DNA of 57,266 nt from a virus. Its lineage: Duplodnaviria; Caudoviricetes. Below, piece by piece: positions 18,841 through 28,757 of this stretch (position 1 is the stretch's first letter; each line of letters starts with the position of its first letter). The notes beneath the pieces were generated by a model, which made no database searches, was not told the origin of the DNA, and worked only from the letters and a program-made list of their open reading frames with translations. Where the stretch lies: positions 1 through 57,266 of the IMG/VR virus record IMGVR_UViG_3300020469_000055, one strand, 5' to 3'. The position numbers were made by a program, and so were the translations under genes.

Positions 18841-20522
18841 TCGGACCAGTCCTTTCCAACTTGAAACTCTGCATCGACTGGCATGGCAAACTCAAGTCGA
18901 GTACCTGCATCTTGAGCGGCCTTGACTAGAAGATTGCCAACCTCTTCCGCACGATCGGCTGGACAAGACACTTGAAGTTCATCATGTACCCAAGCCATTA
19001 GCTCGTGTGGAATATCCTTGAGATACTGCTTGGCAAGTAAGATCCATGCCTTGCTGATTACGGCACCAGCACCCTGAAGAAGGGTGTTCAATGCCTTGTG
19101 ATCGGATCGAATAAGAACAGATCGCCCATCGAGAAGCTTGAGCTGCCCTGACTTGCGGGCCTTGAACTGAGCAGCCTCCATCAACTTGTGAAGAGCGGGA
19201 ATATGCTCGAAGAATCTCTTCTTGATTTCCTTGCCCTGCTTTGATTTGCCTCCAATAATACTACCAATTTTAGCATCTCCTGCTCCATAGATAAGAGCAT
19301 AGATAAAGGTCTTAGCATCATTTCTAGTAGGCAATCCTGCTGCATTCTGATTAGCTGTATGGATATCCCCCTCAAGAATCTCATTAGAATACGATCCATT
19401 GTCATAGGGATGCATGTAGTGTGCCAAGCATCGTAGCTCAATACCACTAAGATCACATCCCACTTGAACCCAATCCTTACAAGCCGGACCAAACAAGGCT
19501 CTGCAAGCATGATCGGAAGGGACCTGTGCAAGATTGGGCTGACTGTGTGAGGCCCTGCCCGTTGCTGTTCCCTGAGAGTTGGTTCGGCCATGAACACGAC
19601 CATCACGACATCGCTTGATCCAGTCCGTAACCATGCCAATCTTCTTGTTGATATCTCGATACTCGAGACCGAGAACTGCTTCGGGATAGGACAAAGACTT
19701 TAGCGTCTCTTCATCAACGATTGGATTTCCAGACTCAGTAGTATCTGGAATCCATTGATACTTTTCTCCAAGACGCTCAGCCCATTGCTTTGACGAACCT
19801 GGATTAAAGATTGTAACCTTATCCTTCAAACGCTTTCCAGTCTTGTTGCTGTATCTCTCTTCAATAACAGTAGGGAAAACTTCCCGAAGATTGTCTTCAA
19901 TCTCAGCCTTCCGGCTAGACAAATCATACTCTAGTTTTTCAGCAGACTCGATATCAAAACCAAAGCCGGTCTCTGCCATCTCCTGACAGATTTCAGCAAC
20001 CTTCTGTTCAAAATTAATTAGAGGCCAGTTGGTATATATCCACTCAAGTTGTGCCTTAAAGATACTCACATTTGCAGCAACATCTTGAACACAGTACGTA
20101 AGCATGTCTTCACTGAACAGCTCCCAACCGCCATCATAGTCCATCTTAAAGTCGCCAACATGCTGAGCCCACTGAGATAGTGAGTGACCCTTCAGTGTAG
20201 AAGGAAGATTGGTTCTATCAGGATGCATAAGTCTGCCCACAATAAGAGTATCAACAATCTTACACTTGACTTCGTGATTAGCCAATCTTTTCATAATTAC
20301 ATTATCATAGGCAATGATATTGTGACCAATCACAACACTAGCCTTTGACAGAAGATCGGCTGCTTCATGATGCTGACCAGGACGAAATCTCCAGACCTCA
20401 TCGGTATCAACATCCTGAACAACAATACAATGAATACGATCAGCGATTGCTTTCATGTTTCCTTTGTTGTCCATCTCATAATTTACCAAACCATTTGCTT
20501 CAATATCATAACATAGCCTCAT
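18831..20522 (-). CDS. DNA polymerase family A (gp5-like, compact)
   Basis: DIEANGL exonuclease I, GHNIIAYD, DLSGIELR (motif A), RNDAKTFIYALIYG (motif B, Tyr type) and VHDE (motif C). Confidence 0.97.
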   Translation of the reverse strand: MRLCYDIEANGLVNYEMDNKGNMKAIADRIHCIVVQDVDTDEVWRFRPGQHHEAADLLSKASVVIGHNIIAYDNVIMKRLANHEVKCKIVDTLIVGRLMHPDRTNLPSTLKGHSLSQWAQHVGDFKMDYDGGWELFSEDMLTYCVQDVAANVSIFKAQLEWIYTNWPLINFEQKVAEICQEMAETGFGFDIESAEKLEYDLSSRKAEIEDNLREVFPTVIEERYSNKTGKRLKDKVTIFNPGSSKQWAERLGEKYQWIPDTTESGNPIVDEETLKSLSYPEAVLGLEYRDINKKIGMVTDWIKRCRDGRVHGRTNSQGTATGRASHSQPNLAQVPSDHACRALFGPACKDWVQVGCDLSGIELRCLAHYMHPYDNGSYSNEILEGDIHTANQNAAGLPTRNDAKTFIYALIYGAGDAKIGSIIGGKSKQGKEIKKRFFEHIPALHKLMEAAQFKARKSGQLKLLDGRSVLIRSDHKALNTLLQGAGAVISKAWILLAKQYLKDIPHELMAWVHDELQVSCPADRAEEVGNLLVKAAQDAGTRLEFAMPVDAEFQVGKDWSECH

Positions 20523-20550
20523 CAGTTACCTTTCAATAGGGATTGATGGA

Positions 20551-22296
20551 TTAAAAGTTGCCCTCCTGTTCGGGCTTGAATCCAATAGTGCCATCGTCTC
20601 CGACAACAAACTCAGTCTCTTCCATTCGTCCGCTATCATGACTGAAGTAGATAGCAGATGCTACACCTGCACGACCATCCAAACGATTCTTGAGAACTCG
20701 AACAGTAGTAGTGTTTGCTGTACGAGTATCTGATGCCTGTCGATCTCGCTCAAGAGCAACAACGGTATTAGGAACAGAGGCAAGGGCTCCAGATCCACGA
20801 AGATCCTGCATGGTAATCCTTGATCCTTCCTCGAACGCCTTGTCAGTCTTCTTCAACTGACTGACAACATCAACATGAACACCCGTTCGAATCGCTAAAG
20901 ATCGCATATCTCGCATCATCGCATCAATAATCAAACGCTCAGATGCACCGCCATCAATATCTTTACCGGAAGTATTCATTAGGCCAGCAGCCGCAGCAGT
21001 AATATGATCAAGCATAATAACATCAACACCAAGGCTAACAGCCATATACTCCATCCTAGCCATAAGATTTGCCATAGCATTGTTACCAAGATGATCGTAG
21101 ATATAGAGTCCGGTCTCTCCAAGATCTCTCTTTGCTTTGGCATACTCTTCGTCGGACAAATCGTCGACAATATCCATATCAATCGTAGGCTCACCCATCT
21201 CATCTAAAAGCTGATTCATCATACGAGTCGAACGAATCTTTCGAACAGGCTTGTTAAGAATAAGCGAGATCATGTCATCCATAGTTTCCTCGGGGCTTTC
21301 CTCAAGCATAATCAAGCCAACACTACGACCCTGCTTAAGGTGGTGATGACTAAGCTCTCGAAGGAAAGTAGACTTGCCGCTTCCAGTTCCTGAAGCATAC
21401 AAGGTAATCTCACCTGAACGCTGACCCGTAAGAAACTTGGTAAGTCCCTTGAATGGGAAAGGCCAGACCTTAATATTCTTTCTCTCCACCTCTCTATCGG
21501 TGATGCTGCTTACATGAAGAATCTCATCCGGGGAGTACACTCTGGCCTGCCAAATCGCATCAATGATGGCTCGGCTACTACCCTGCATTAGACACTCATT
21601 AGCATCCTTGTAAGGCAGCGAGGCGATCTTCGCCTTGCCTGGAGGAAGGATATCAGCAACAGCCTTTGCCGCGTTTTGTCCGGGATCATCCATGTCAAAC
21701 ATCAGGATAACTTCATCAAACGAACTTACAAACTCAAGATTGTTTTTGATATCCCGAACAGCACCGGCTGCACCATTCGGTAGAGACACAGATGGCCACT
21801 TGCAATCCTGCATTTGAGCAACGGACAAGCAGTCGATCTCACCCTCGGTAATCACAAGCTTCTTACCACCGCTGCCCCAAAGATGCTGACCGAATAGCTC
21901 GCATCCTCGAGGACTTCCAACCCAATGAAAGGTCTTTTCTGGCCCCCTCATATGCTGAGCGACGAGCTGACCATCCTTGAAGTAGTTTGCAATCTCAATA
22001 TCTTTACCCTTGATCTCGGCGGTTTGATAGCCATAGACACGAGCGGGCTTGGTATCAATGCGGCGATGATCTAGAGACTTAATCTTACCACGATAGGTCT
22101 TAAAGCCAGCAGTCTTGGCGGGCTGCTCCGACACCGAACCATCACCACGCTCATAATATTCACAAGCGAAGCAGTAAGCCCCGCCATTGCTATACCGTGC
22201 TAGGTTGTCTCCAGAGTTGTCGTTGCCATTGGCTCGACACTTAGGACAAGCCTCACGACCTACAACCACGCTTTCTGCTTCAGTAATATCACTCAT
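20551..22296 (-). CDS. Primase-helicase (gp4-like)
   Basis: CPKC..CFAC zinc finger, TEGEID TOPRIM, GTGSGKS Walker A, LDHIT and LRGSG motifs. Confidence 0.97.
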   Translation of the reverse strand: MSDITEAESVVVGREACPKCRANGNDNSGDNLARYSNGGAYCFACEYYERGDGSVSEQPAKTAGFKTYRGKIKSLDHRRIDTKPARVYGYQTAEIKGKDIEIANYFKDGQLVAQHMRGPEKTFHWVGSPRGCELFGQHLWGSGGKKLVITEGEIDCLSVAQMQDCKWPSVSLPNGAAGAVRDIKNNLEFVSSFDEVILMFDMDDPGQNAAKAVADILPPGKAKIASLPYKDANECLMQGSSRAIIDAIWQARVYSPDEILHVSSITDREVERKNIKVWPFPFKGLTKFLTGQRSGEITLYASGTGSGKSTFLRELSHHHLKQGRSVGLIMLEESPEETMDDMISLILNKPVRKIRSTRMMNQLLDEMGEPTIDMDIVDDLSDEEYAKAKRDLGETGLYIYDHLGNNAMANLMARMEYMAVSLGVDVIMLDHITAAAAGLMNTSGKDIDGGASERLIIDAMMRDMRSLAIRTGVHVDVVSQLKKTDKAFEEGSRITMQDLRGSGALASVPNTVVALERDRQASDTRTANTTTVRVLKNRLDGRAGVASAIYFSHDSGRMEETEFVVGDDGTIGFKPEQEGNF

Positions 22297-22517
22297 GCGT
22301 TCCTCCATGCTTTAAGTGTTTCATTATACTCATCAGTATCTTTCTTATCTGCATCGGCAAGTTGAATAAGACGCATACCGAGCCTGAACTTTTCCGAGTT
22401 CTCGGTTCGACGATTGTCTCCCTTGCCGTACTGACCACTCATTCTACGACGAGCAGCCTTTTGCCGGGAGGACGTTGACGACTCCCAACTAGAACCATTG
22501 CAATCATATTCAGCCAT
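22293..22517 (-). CDS. Hypothetical protein (GKGDxRR motif)
   Basis: Tightly packed ORF that overlaps both neighbours. Confidence 0.65.
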   Translation of the reverse strand: MAEYDCNGSSWESSTSSRQKAARRRMSGQYGKGDNRRTENSEKFRLGMRLIQLADADKKDTDEYNETLKAWRNA

Positions 22518-22968
22518 TGGCTAGCTCCCATTGTATTCGTCGTTCATTGAAAATAGTAAACTGATCGTGATCCATTGGCATAACTTTCCATTTAACCTTA
22601 AAGTATCCATTCTCCTTAGACTTGGCCCATTCTTTGTGAATATGCTCGTCAGTTACCTGCCAGTCATCGATCCACAAAATCTCAGTACAAGCATCAAGAA
22701 TACTTTTACTAAAGTTATCTACGTCTCCCTGAGGAAAGGGAAATTTAGATTTCTTTGGTCTCTTAGGTCTGATATCCAACCAAACCTCAATAGGCTCCCA
22801 TAGTATATCGGTATCTCCAACAGCTTTCTTAAGGGGGTTTCCAATTTCCTTAAGAAACTTTTGGTATGTTTTACTTCCCCAGTGACCGCCGTACCTGCCA
22901 ACCGATTTCCAAACAGGTTTGGTTATAGGCTGGACAGGTACGACGATCTCACCTTGAGGACGATACAT
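22510..22968 (-). CDS. rusA: RusA-like Holliday junction resolvase
   Basis: GDVDNFSKSILDA...WIDDWQV fits the RusA DxDNxxK...DD signature. Confidence 0.8.
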   Translation of the reverse strand: MYRPQGEIVVPVQPITKPVWKSVGRYGGHWGSKTYQKFLKEIGNPLKKAVGDTDILWEPIEVWLDIRPKRPKKSKFPFPQGDVDNFSKSILDACTEILWIDDWQVTDEHIHKEWAKSKENGYFKVKWKVMPMDHDQFTIFNERRIQWELANG

Positions 22969-23516
22969 CAGAACGGGAGGTCATCGTCGCCGTCCTCATC
23001 GGCAACAACATCATTTTGATTTTCCTCGGTCGCATTGTTTTCGGGCTCAAACTTGCTTCCTTCCTCCTGAACAAATCCTCCCTCGACTTCATCAAAGCCG
23101 AGGTTGCCAGTGCCATACATACTGTTCTTCTCAATAATCTGAACACCATCAAGATATACAGACAACGAGTTATCACGCTTGATCAGCGAGGGACTCAAGA
23201 GAAGACGAACAACGTCACCACCAGAAGCAGTAACCGTAGTAGGATTATTCTTGGAATCAACACAAGGGAAAGAGCGAACTCCATCACGGACAAGAATCCT
23301 GTTCTTGAACTTGATAAACTTTTCTCCATCCTTTTCGTACACACCATTTACCTTCTTTGCACCAGTCTTTGAAACCGAAGACTTGATCTGATCAGACAGC
23401 TTCGATTCAAGAGGGACGGTAATATTAAAGTTAGCGGCATCAGCTCCGAACTTGTCGTCGGGCTTGTTAAGATACGCAAAGGAAACGGTCATCTTTTCGG
23501 TAACAAACTTGCTCAT
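22968..23516 (-). CDS. Single-stranded DNA-binding protein (gp2.5-like)
   Basis: FAYLNKPDDKF, SVYLDGVQII and an acidic tail ending DDDLPF. Confidence 0.9.
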   Translation of the reverse strand: MSKFVTEKMTVSFAYLNKPDDKFGADAANFNITVPLESKLSDQIKSSVSKTGAKKVNGVYEKDGEKFIKFKNRILVRDGVRSFPCVDSKNNPTTVTASGGDVVRLLLSPSLIKRDNSLSVYLDGVQIIEKNSMYGTGNLGFDEVEGGFVQEEGSKFEPENNATEENQNDVVADEDGDDDLPF

Positions 23517-23553
23517 AAGAGTTCCTTTCAATAGATAAGTCAACTGACTTTAT

Positions 23554-24246
23554 TTAGCGATACGATTCAAGCGGCAGGGGTTCGAAGGTAGCGTACTCTC
23601 CGTCGAGAACAATACCACATCCAAGAATAGGACGCTTCGAATATGTCTTGTTGTACTCCATGTAAAGAGATCTTGGATCGGTGCCGCAACCAACCTGCAA
23701 TCCAAAGAAACGAGTAAGGTGATTAGCACCATAAACAACACCAGCTTGGGCATGATAATGCCCCTGAACAACAGAACGAAACTCATTCTGTGCATTAAGA
23801 TACGCAGCATTTTGTTGGTTGCTACGTCCCTTGTCTCCATGCCTATAGATTACATCATCAATTATCAGATCATGATGTCTAGGATGAATATTCCATCCAT
23901 CAGGAAGATCCATCATTTGACTCAATGACTTAAGCATGCTAGGAGGCAGTCCCACATCCTGTGCTTGTCGACTTGGCAATGCCGAATGATTTCCAATTAA
24001 ATAGTCTACATTTGGAAATCTATCCGTTAAGACTGCAACCTGTGAACGAGCATCATCCATTTCTTTTTCAATTGACTCTAATCCAAACTGCTTTTGATGA
24101 TACGAAATTGCATGGAAGTCAACAAGATCTCCGATATGAACTACTCGATCACAGCTCCACTGATCATACATTTCTTCTAAAAATATAGGATATCTATTCA
24201 GCATTGCAGGACAGTGAGTGTCCCCGATCACAAGTACTCGACTCAT
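23554..24246 (-). CDS. Calcineurin-like metallophosphoesterase
   Basis: GDTH, GDLVD, GNH, HGD and GHYH motifs. Confidence 0.9.
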   Translation of the reverse strand: MSRVLVIGDTHCPAMLNRYPIFLEEMYDQWSCDRVVHIGDLVDFHAISYHQKQFGLESIEKEMDDARSQVAVLTDRFPNVDYLIGNHSALPSRQAQDVGLPPSMLKSLSQMMDLPDGWNIHPRHHDLIIDDVIYRHGDKGRSNQQNAAYLNAQNEFRSVVQGHYHAQAGVVYGANHLTRFFGLQVGCGTDPRSLYMEYNKTYSKRPILGCGIVLDGEYATFEPLPLESYR

Positions 24247-24445
24247 TTTTAATCCTTTCATTTTCTTGGGCAAGTTCTTGCCAGGATCTAAGCTCTTTTT
24301 CCAGTCGACTAGTATGATTTTTAATCACCTGTTGAAGCTCAAGAGATCCTAATTCAAATGGTACATATTGATGTTTAATATACGCCTTTCCTGAAGAGAT
24401 AGTAAAGGGTCCGTAAGGATTGAACTGGTCTTTAATATTAGTCAT
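24194..24445 (-). CDS. Hypothetical protein
   Basis: ORF in operon context with a GAGGA RBS. Confidence 0.55.
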   Translation of the reverse strand: MTNIKDQFNPYGPFTISSGKAYIKHQYVPFELGSLELQQVIKNHTSRLEKELRSWQELAQENERIKNESSTCDRGHSLSCNAE

Positions 24446-24553
24446 CTAGGATTTCCTCCTCAATAATGTAAAAGGGAAGATCGTATTCGTCAGAAATACC
24501 CTGATTAATTTGAACAAGTGTTTCATTCCACATTTCCATAAAGTTTTTACCAA

Positions 24554-24787
24554 TCATAAGTTCGTTCTTTCTAAAATCATTACTTTAGGAATTTTGTGAA
24601 TACTAGAACACTCTTCTTCACCAATTGTATCGGTAAGGACCATGTACGAATCAGTTTCATAAATTACAAAACCAACTGTTGACATAACAGGAGGAGATTC
24701 AAGAGAGAAGTTTTCCGCCTCTTCATGGCTAACCCACCCTGGTCCACCATGAGACGATGCATCTATCCACTTAATATGCTCAGGCAA
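24554..24787 (-). CDS. Hypothetical protein (WxDA...TVG motif)
   Basis: C-terminal part of ORF 24554..24985; start uncertain (TTG at 24787). Confidence 0.55.
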   Translation of the reverse strand: MPEHIKWIDASSHGGPGWVSHEEAENFSLESPPVMSTVGFVIYETDSYMVLTDTIGEEECSSIHKIPKVMILERTNL

Positions 24788-27284
24788 AGAGGTATTCTGC
24801 TTCGAGAACAGCTTCGATTCGAAGAGTTCCTCGCTGCTCGTGGAGCCTTGCCGGGTGTTTGTCTGGGAGACGCTCTCCCACGAGGTTTTCGGCACGCTTG
24901 CGGATGAGATCAAGTTGGTTGACCGAGTGAATTTCATAGAACTTTTCCTTCGTGGTTTCTTTAAGAATAGAAATACTATTTGCAAGAGTACCGAATGAAT
25001 CGTGAATCATACTAAAGAACTCGATACCCTGCTGAATTAAACAATACATAACAAGTGTCATGTGAGCAGCGTCAAGAGAATGCACAAAATTAGGAGGCAT
25101 TGCTGTTAAGGCTTTATCACAATCATACTCATCAGTGTAATATCCAAACTGAAGCTGAAACTTCTTATCAAACAAACGAACTTGAGAAGGCTTGGGTTTT
25201 CTTGGGTTATACTCATTGATAACAAGAAAACCAGAAGGAGTAATCCAGCTCATAGGCTTATCTATTTCTCCTCCAACCCAACCACATAGAAGCTGAACAT
25301 ACTGCTTTCCGTGATTGCAATGTTTCATAACTTGTGCTTTAGAATCACAAATCAGGGAGCCCATTTCATTTGCTGCCTGATGCATGTTTAGCCCCATCGA
25401 CTCACACCAGTCTAAATGCTTTTCTTGTAACTGATACTGTCTAACTGAGTGATCAGTAATCCCATAAGGATCACACATCACCGAACGCTTTACAACCTTA
25501 CGAGGAATAACTCCTTCCCAATGACTGAGAAAGTGATGTCTCCAATCGCTTGGATTCTTAATGCACATCGACGTACAACCATCGGCTACTAGTTGATATA
25601 CATCAGCGGGTTTATCCTGAGGGGTAAGATTTACTTCAGGTCCTACTGTTTCATCTCTAGTCATCGCAGCCCAGTGTTGAATACCATTACAGGAACCATC
25701 AATCTGAACAGGAACTTGAGTAATCCCATGATTGATTGCATCCATAAGATCAAAGATAGCTGCTAGTCTTTGAAAGCTAGCATTTTTCTTTGGGGCATCA
25801 TCTTCCCAAATACTTGTGGTTCCATGAGGATCAGCACAAACACTAATCCAATCCTCCATATGATCATCAACATATTTAACTCGATCGTTGAATGAAACCT
25901 TATCAACACCCATAAGATTAGCTAGATTAACCTTAATCCAATACAATCCATTTGCGGTTACCTGTTCTGGTTCTGCCGCCATGAGCAAAGCTTTATCTAG
26001 GTCTGCTCCCTGAGGATGCAAGAGGTAGGAGTCGGAATAATATCTACCGCGAAAGTCGCAAAAGTAAGCATGCCAAACAACAAAGGGTTTAATCTTGTAT
26101 GCCTCATGCATACGAAGCTGCATCTGCAAACGAGATGCTTCCGACTTTGCCCACTTGGCCCACCGCCTTGACTTCTCATCAAGCCACTCATGCTTCTCGG
26201 TCTTGCTTCCTTTCTCAGGATACTCTGACATATTTTCTACGGTTGTTTGATCATATGAAGGAATAGTTCCTGTCTCACGACCAGACTTCCATAGGTCATT
26301 TACAACATCTAAGACCTTATTATTAATTCGCCACTCGGTTTTCTGCAAAGTGTTGATTACAGTCCTAGTCATATGAGACATGCAAGAAGGGTCAACCTCT
26401 CTAGCAATATCATTGTCCCCTAAACTATTAGGACTATTCTTAGTATAGGCTACCTTTCTAAGACGACGTATTGACCAGTCCATTAATCCACCAGTTTCAT
26501 CTTCGGTGTGATCAACAGGACGACAAATCATAGGCATTCGATTTGGCATAAGGCGATCTCTAAACTCGTCAATCCTCGTCATCATATATTGTATGAGTTC
26601 ACCTGGTAATGTGATGTATACCTTTTCGGATACCTTAGTCTTCTTGGCCGAGATTTTCTTTTCATATATATTTTTCTTAATGAGAAGACCAGAATCAATT
26701 GCAAGCCGAATCATGGCATGGCCAAAGTTATCCTTCTGTCTAGTAGTAGCCCTGGGAAGAGCGTTAATCTTCTTTGAAAAAGCACGTCGTCTCTTAGGGT
26801 TCCAGTTCTTAAAGTACTTAGATTGATATCGATAGAAAAAAGGATCTGCCTTTCTTGCCTCCAACCAAGAAGCAACTTCCCATGCTTTTGTAGCAATATC
26901 ACGAGAAAGTATTTGGGCCGTAGGCAATGACCATGTATTCAAAGAAGGATTGTCTTCGGCTGCAACGGCTGAGTTATAAATACTTTCCATTGCTGCTCGA
27001 ACTACAAGATATGCTAATCTATCAGGCCCAAGATTCCAGACTTGAAATAACCATTCAGGAAACCGAGCATTTTCTGTATTAGCAACCTGCTCTAAATACT
27101 TAGACATTCCTTCTGCAAACCAAACAGCATGTTCATCAACCACATCATTGAAGGGATCATTATATTCAATAGGCTTTTGGTTGAATCGAACTAGGATATC
27201 TTCCTTCCACTGATCTTCTCGTGCGATCTGAAGATTTCTAAGTTTTTCTTGTTGTTCTTTTGTATATTTATCCCATTGATACAT
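24780..27284 (-). CDS. Single-subunit T7-type RNA polymerase
   Basis: DFRGRYY, DGSCNGIQH (motif A), RKVVKRSVMCDPYG (motif B), PNFVHSLDA, IHDSF (motif C) and C-terminal YLFA. Confidence 0.98.
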   Translation of the reverse strand: MYQWDKYTKEQQEKLRNLQIAREDQWKEDILVRFNQKPIEYNDPFNDVVDEHAVWFAEGMSKYLEQVANTENARFPEWLFQVWNLGPDRLAYLVVRAAMESIYNSAVAAEDNPSLNTWSLPTAQILSRDIATKAWEVASWLEARKADPFFYRYQSKYFKNWNPKRRRAFSKKINALPRATTRQKDNFGHAMIRLAIDSGLLIKKNIYEKKISAKKTKVSEKVYITLPGELIQYMMTRIDEFRDRLMPNRMPMICRPVDHTEDETGGLMDWSIRRLRKVAYTKNSPNSLGDNDIAREVDPSCMSHMTRTVINTLQKTEWRINNKVLDVVNDLWKSGRETGTIPSYDQTTVENMSEYPEKGSKTEKHEWLDEKSRRWAKWAKSEASRLQMQLRMHEAYKIKPFVVWHAYFCDFRGRYYSDSYLLHPQGADLDKALLMAAEPEQVTANGLYWIKVNLANLMGVDKVSFNDRVKYVDDHMEDWISVCADPHGTTSIWEDDAPKKNASFQRLAAIFDLMDAINHGITQVPVQIDGSCNGIQHWAAMTRDETVGPEVNLTPQDKPADVYQLVADGCTSMCIKNPSDWRHHFLSHWEGVIPRKVVKRSVMCDPYGITDHSVRQYQLQEKHLDWCESMGLNMHQAANEMGSLICDSKAQVMKHCNHGKQYVQLLCGWVGGEIDKPMSWITPSGFLVINEYNPRKPKPSQVRLFDKKFQLQFGYYTDEYDCDKALTAMPPNFVHSLDAAHMTLVMYCLIQQGIEFFSMIHDSFGTLANSISILKETTKEKFYEIHSVNQLDLIRKRAENLVGERLPDKHPARLHEQRGTLRIEAVLEAEYLFA

Positions 27285-27326
27285 GATTTTCCTTTCAGGT
27301 TCATGAGAATGGTAATTGGAGAATGC

Positions 27327-27350
27327 TTCTATACTTTAGTCAACCTGGAC
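27327..27350 (-). promoter_or_regulatory. Phage RNAP promoter, copy 2 (GTCCAGGTTGACTAAAGTATAGAA)
   Basis: 22/24 identical to the other copies; directly upstream of the RNAP gene. Confidence 0.8.
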
Positions 27351-27371
27351 TGCATTCATCCAATATCCAAA

Positions 27372-27638
27372 TCATGGATGAAGAAAGGTGGTTAAGGTAT
27401 TGTCGCTCCACTTAAGAGGATTCACTTTTGAATCTGGAGTTTCAGAGAGTCCAACAAAACGATTAACAACCTGTAGTGCATCTCCTGTTCGATCAGCCTC
27501 TCTTCCCCTCTTAAGCCTTAGCTTTACATTAACACCCAAGCCCTTGTCTCTAAACTTCAGTGCTTGCTTAGCCTTTCTTTCAAGATCATTAGAAGCAATG
27601 TTAACCGTAAGATTAATTTCCTTAGTTGTCTTAGCCAT
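27372..27638 (-). CDS. Stand-alone translation initiation factor IF3 C-terminal domain
   Basis: KEINLTVNIASNDLERKAKQALKFRDKGLGVNVKLRLKRGRE aligns by eye with the IF3-C consensus KEI...I..HD...K.....FL..G..VKV.L.FRGRE. Confidence 0.8.
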   Translation of the reverse strand: MAKTTKEINLTVNIASNDLERKAKQALKFRDKGLGVNVKLRLKRGREADRTGDALQVVNRFVGLSETPDSKVNPLKWSDNTLTTFLHP

Positions 27639-27936
27639 TCATATTCTCCGGATCACTAAAACCATCATCAAAACACCCATCAGAATCATCTACATCAATC
27701 ACAACATCCATCCAATCTTCATTAAAATCATGAACTACTCGAAGAAGTTCTGTCAAAAAGTTTACTTCCTCGGTAAAAAGCATCTTATCTTTCTCGAGAA
27801 AGCACATTCTAATTAAAATATCATACAAATCTTCGTAAATATCTGCGGTGTAAATGCCCTCTACATGATCGGACTCAGGTTCGTGCATCAAATGCGGCCT
27901 CCAGGGGATAAAGAAAGTTTCGATTTGCAGACTCAA
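27631..27936 (-). CDS. Hypothetical acidic protein
   Basis: Overlapping ORF with a D/E-rich tail. Confidence 0.6.
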   Translation of the reverse strand: MSLQIETFFIPWRPHLMHEPESDHVEGIYTADIYEDLYDILIRMCFLEKDKMLFTEEVNFLTELLRVVHDFNEDWMDVVIDVDDSDGCFDDGFSDPENMNG

Positions 27937-28237
27937 TCATATCATCTGTTCCAATGCGGTCAGTAACTTTAATTGTACCACGAAAGAACTTTTTGTCAAG
28001 CAAAGAATGAGCAATTAGCTTTTTATTAGACCAAAGAGTAACAATAAGTGAGTCAATATTTCTAAGATACTCAGCATTAGCATCATAGATATCTTGAATC
28101 TTAGAAGGAATTCTTTTGTAATAAACTTTTATATTTAGAATCGCTCCTTGAATCTTTGCTTCCTCAATCTTAGTTTCAAGATACTTTTCATATGACATTG
28201 CTTTATCAAGTTTAGGATGTCGATATTTATTTCGCAT
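27875..28237 (-). CDS. Hypothetical protein
   Basis: ORF in operon context. Confidence 0.6.
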   Translation of the reverse strand: MRNKYRHPKLDKAMSYEKYLETKIEEAKIQGAILNIKVYYKRIPSKIQDIYDANAEYLRNIDSLIVTLWSNKKLIAHSLLDKKFFRGTIKVTDRIGTDDMIESANRNFLYPLEAAFDART

Positions 28238-28742
28238 AGAATGAACCTCCAGTTGAAAGCCACCAAGGACGGCACCTACCTTTTTTATAACAAAACCATT
28301 CTTTTGTTGATTTGTCTAGTGTATAGTAGTTACGATAAGCCTTAACCGTCATGGAATGCTTGTACGGATCAGGCATACATTGAGGAGGTGCCTCGAACTT
28401 TGTATGCAAAATTGAAGGGGGAGCATAGTCCAGCACGTCACTAAATTTTCTCCACGTCAAATGCTCCTTGCCATATCGATATCTGTACTCATCACACAAT
28501 GCACAGAAGTGATCATACAACCAGTCATAGTTCGGCTTAGACGAGCGAGCCCACACCGCTGAAGGGTGATTCTTATGCGTGCTCTTGTAAAGTCCTACCT
28601 CGTCGCCCCAGTCGTCTCCATCAAGTTCACGATGAGCGGTTGATAGTAACTGAGCAGACTCAAGAATCATCTTGACTACATGCTTGTCACATTGCCATTG
28701 AGCAGACATCTTAGGATCTTCGTCGAGATAAAAAATATTCAT
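28227..28742 (-). CDS. Pyrimidine-dimer DNA glycosylase / DenV-like family protein
   Basis: MNIFYLD...DKHVVKMILESAQLLSTAH...HKNHPSAVW...QCMPD. Confidence 0.85.
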   Translation of the reverse strand: MNIFYLDEDPKMSAQWQCDKHVVKMILESAQLLSTAHRELDGDDWGDEVGLYKSTHKNHPSAVWARSSKPNYDWLYDHFCALCDEYRYRYGKEHLTWRKFSDVLDYAPPSILHTKFEAPPQCMPDPYKHSMTVKAYRNYYTLDKSTKEWFCYKKGRCRPWWLSTGGSFYAK

Positions 28743-28757
28743 TATGCTAGATTTTCC

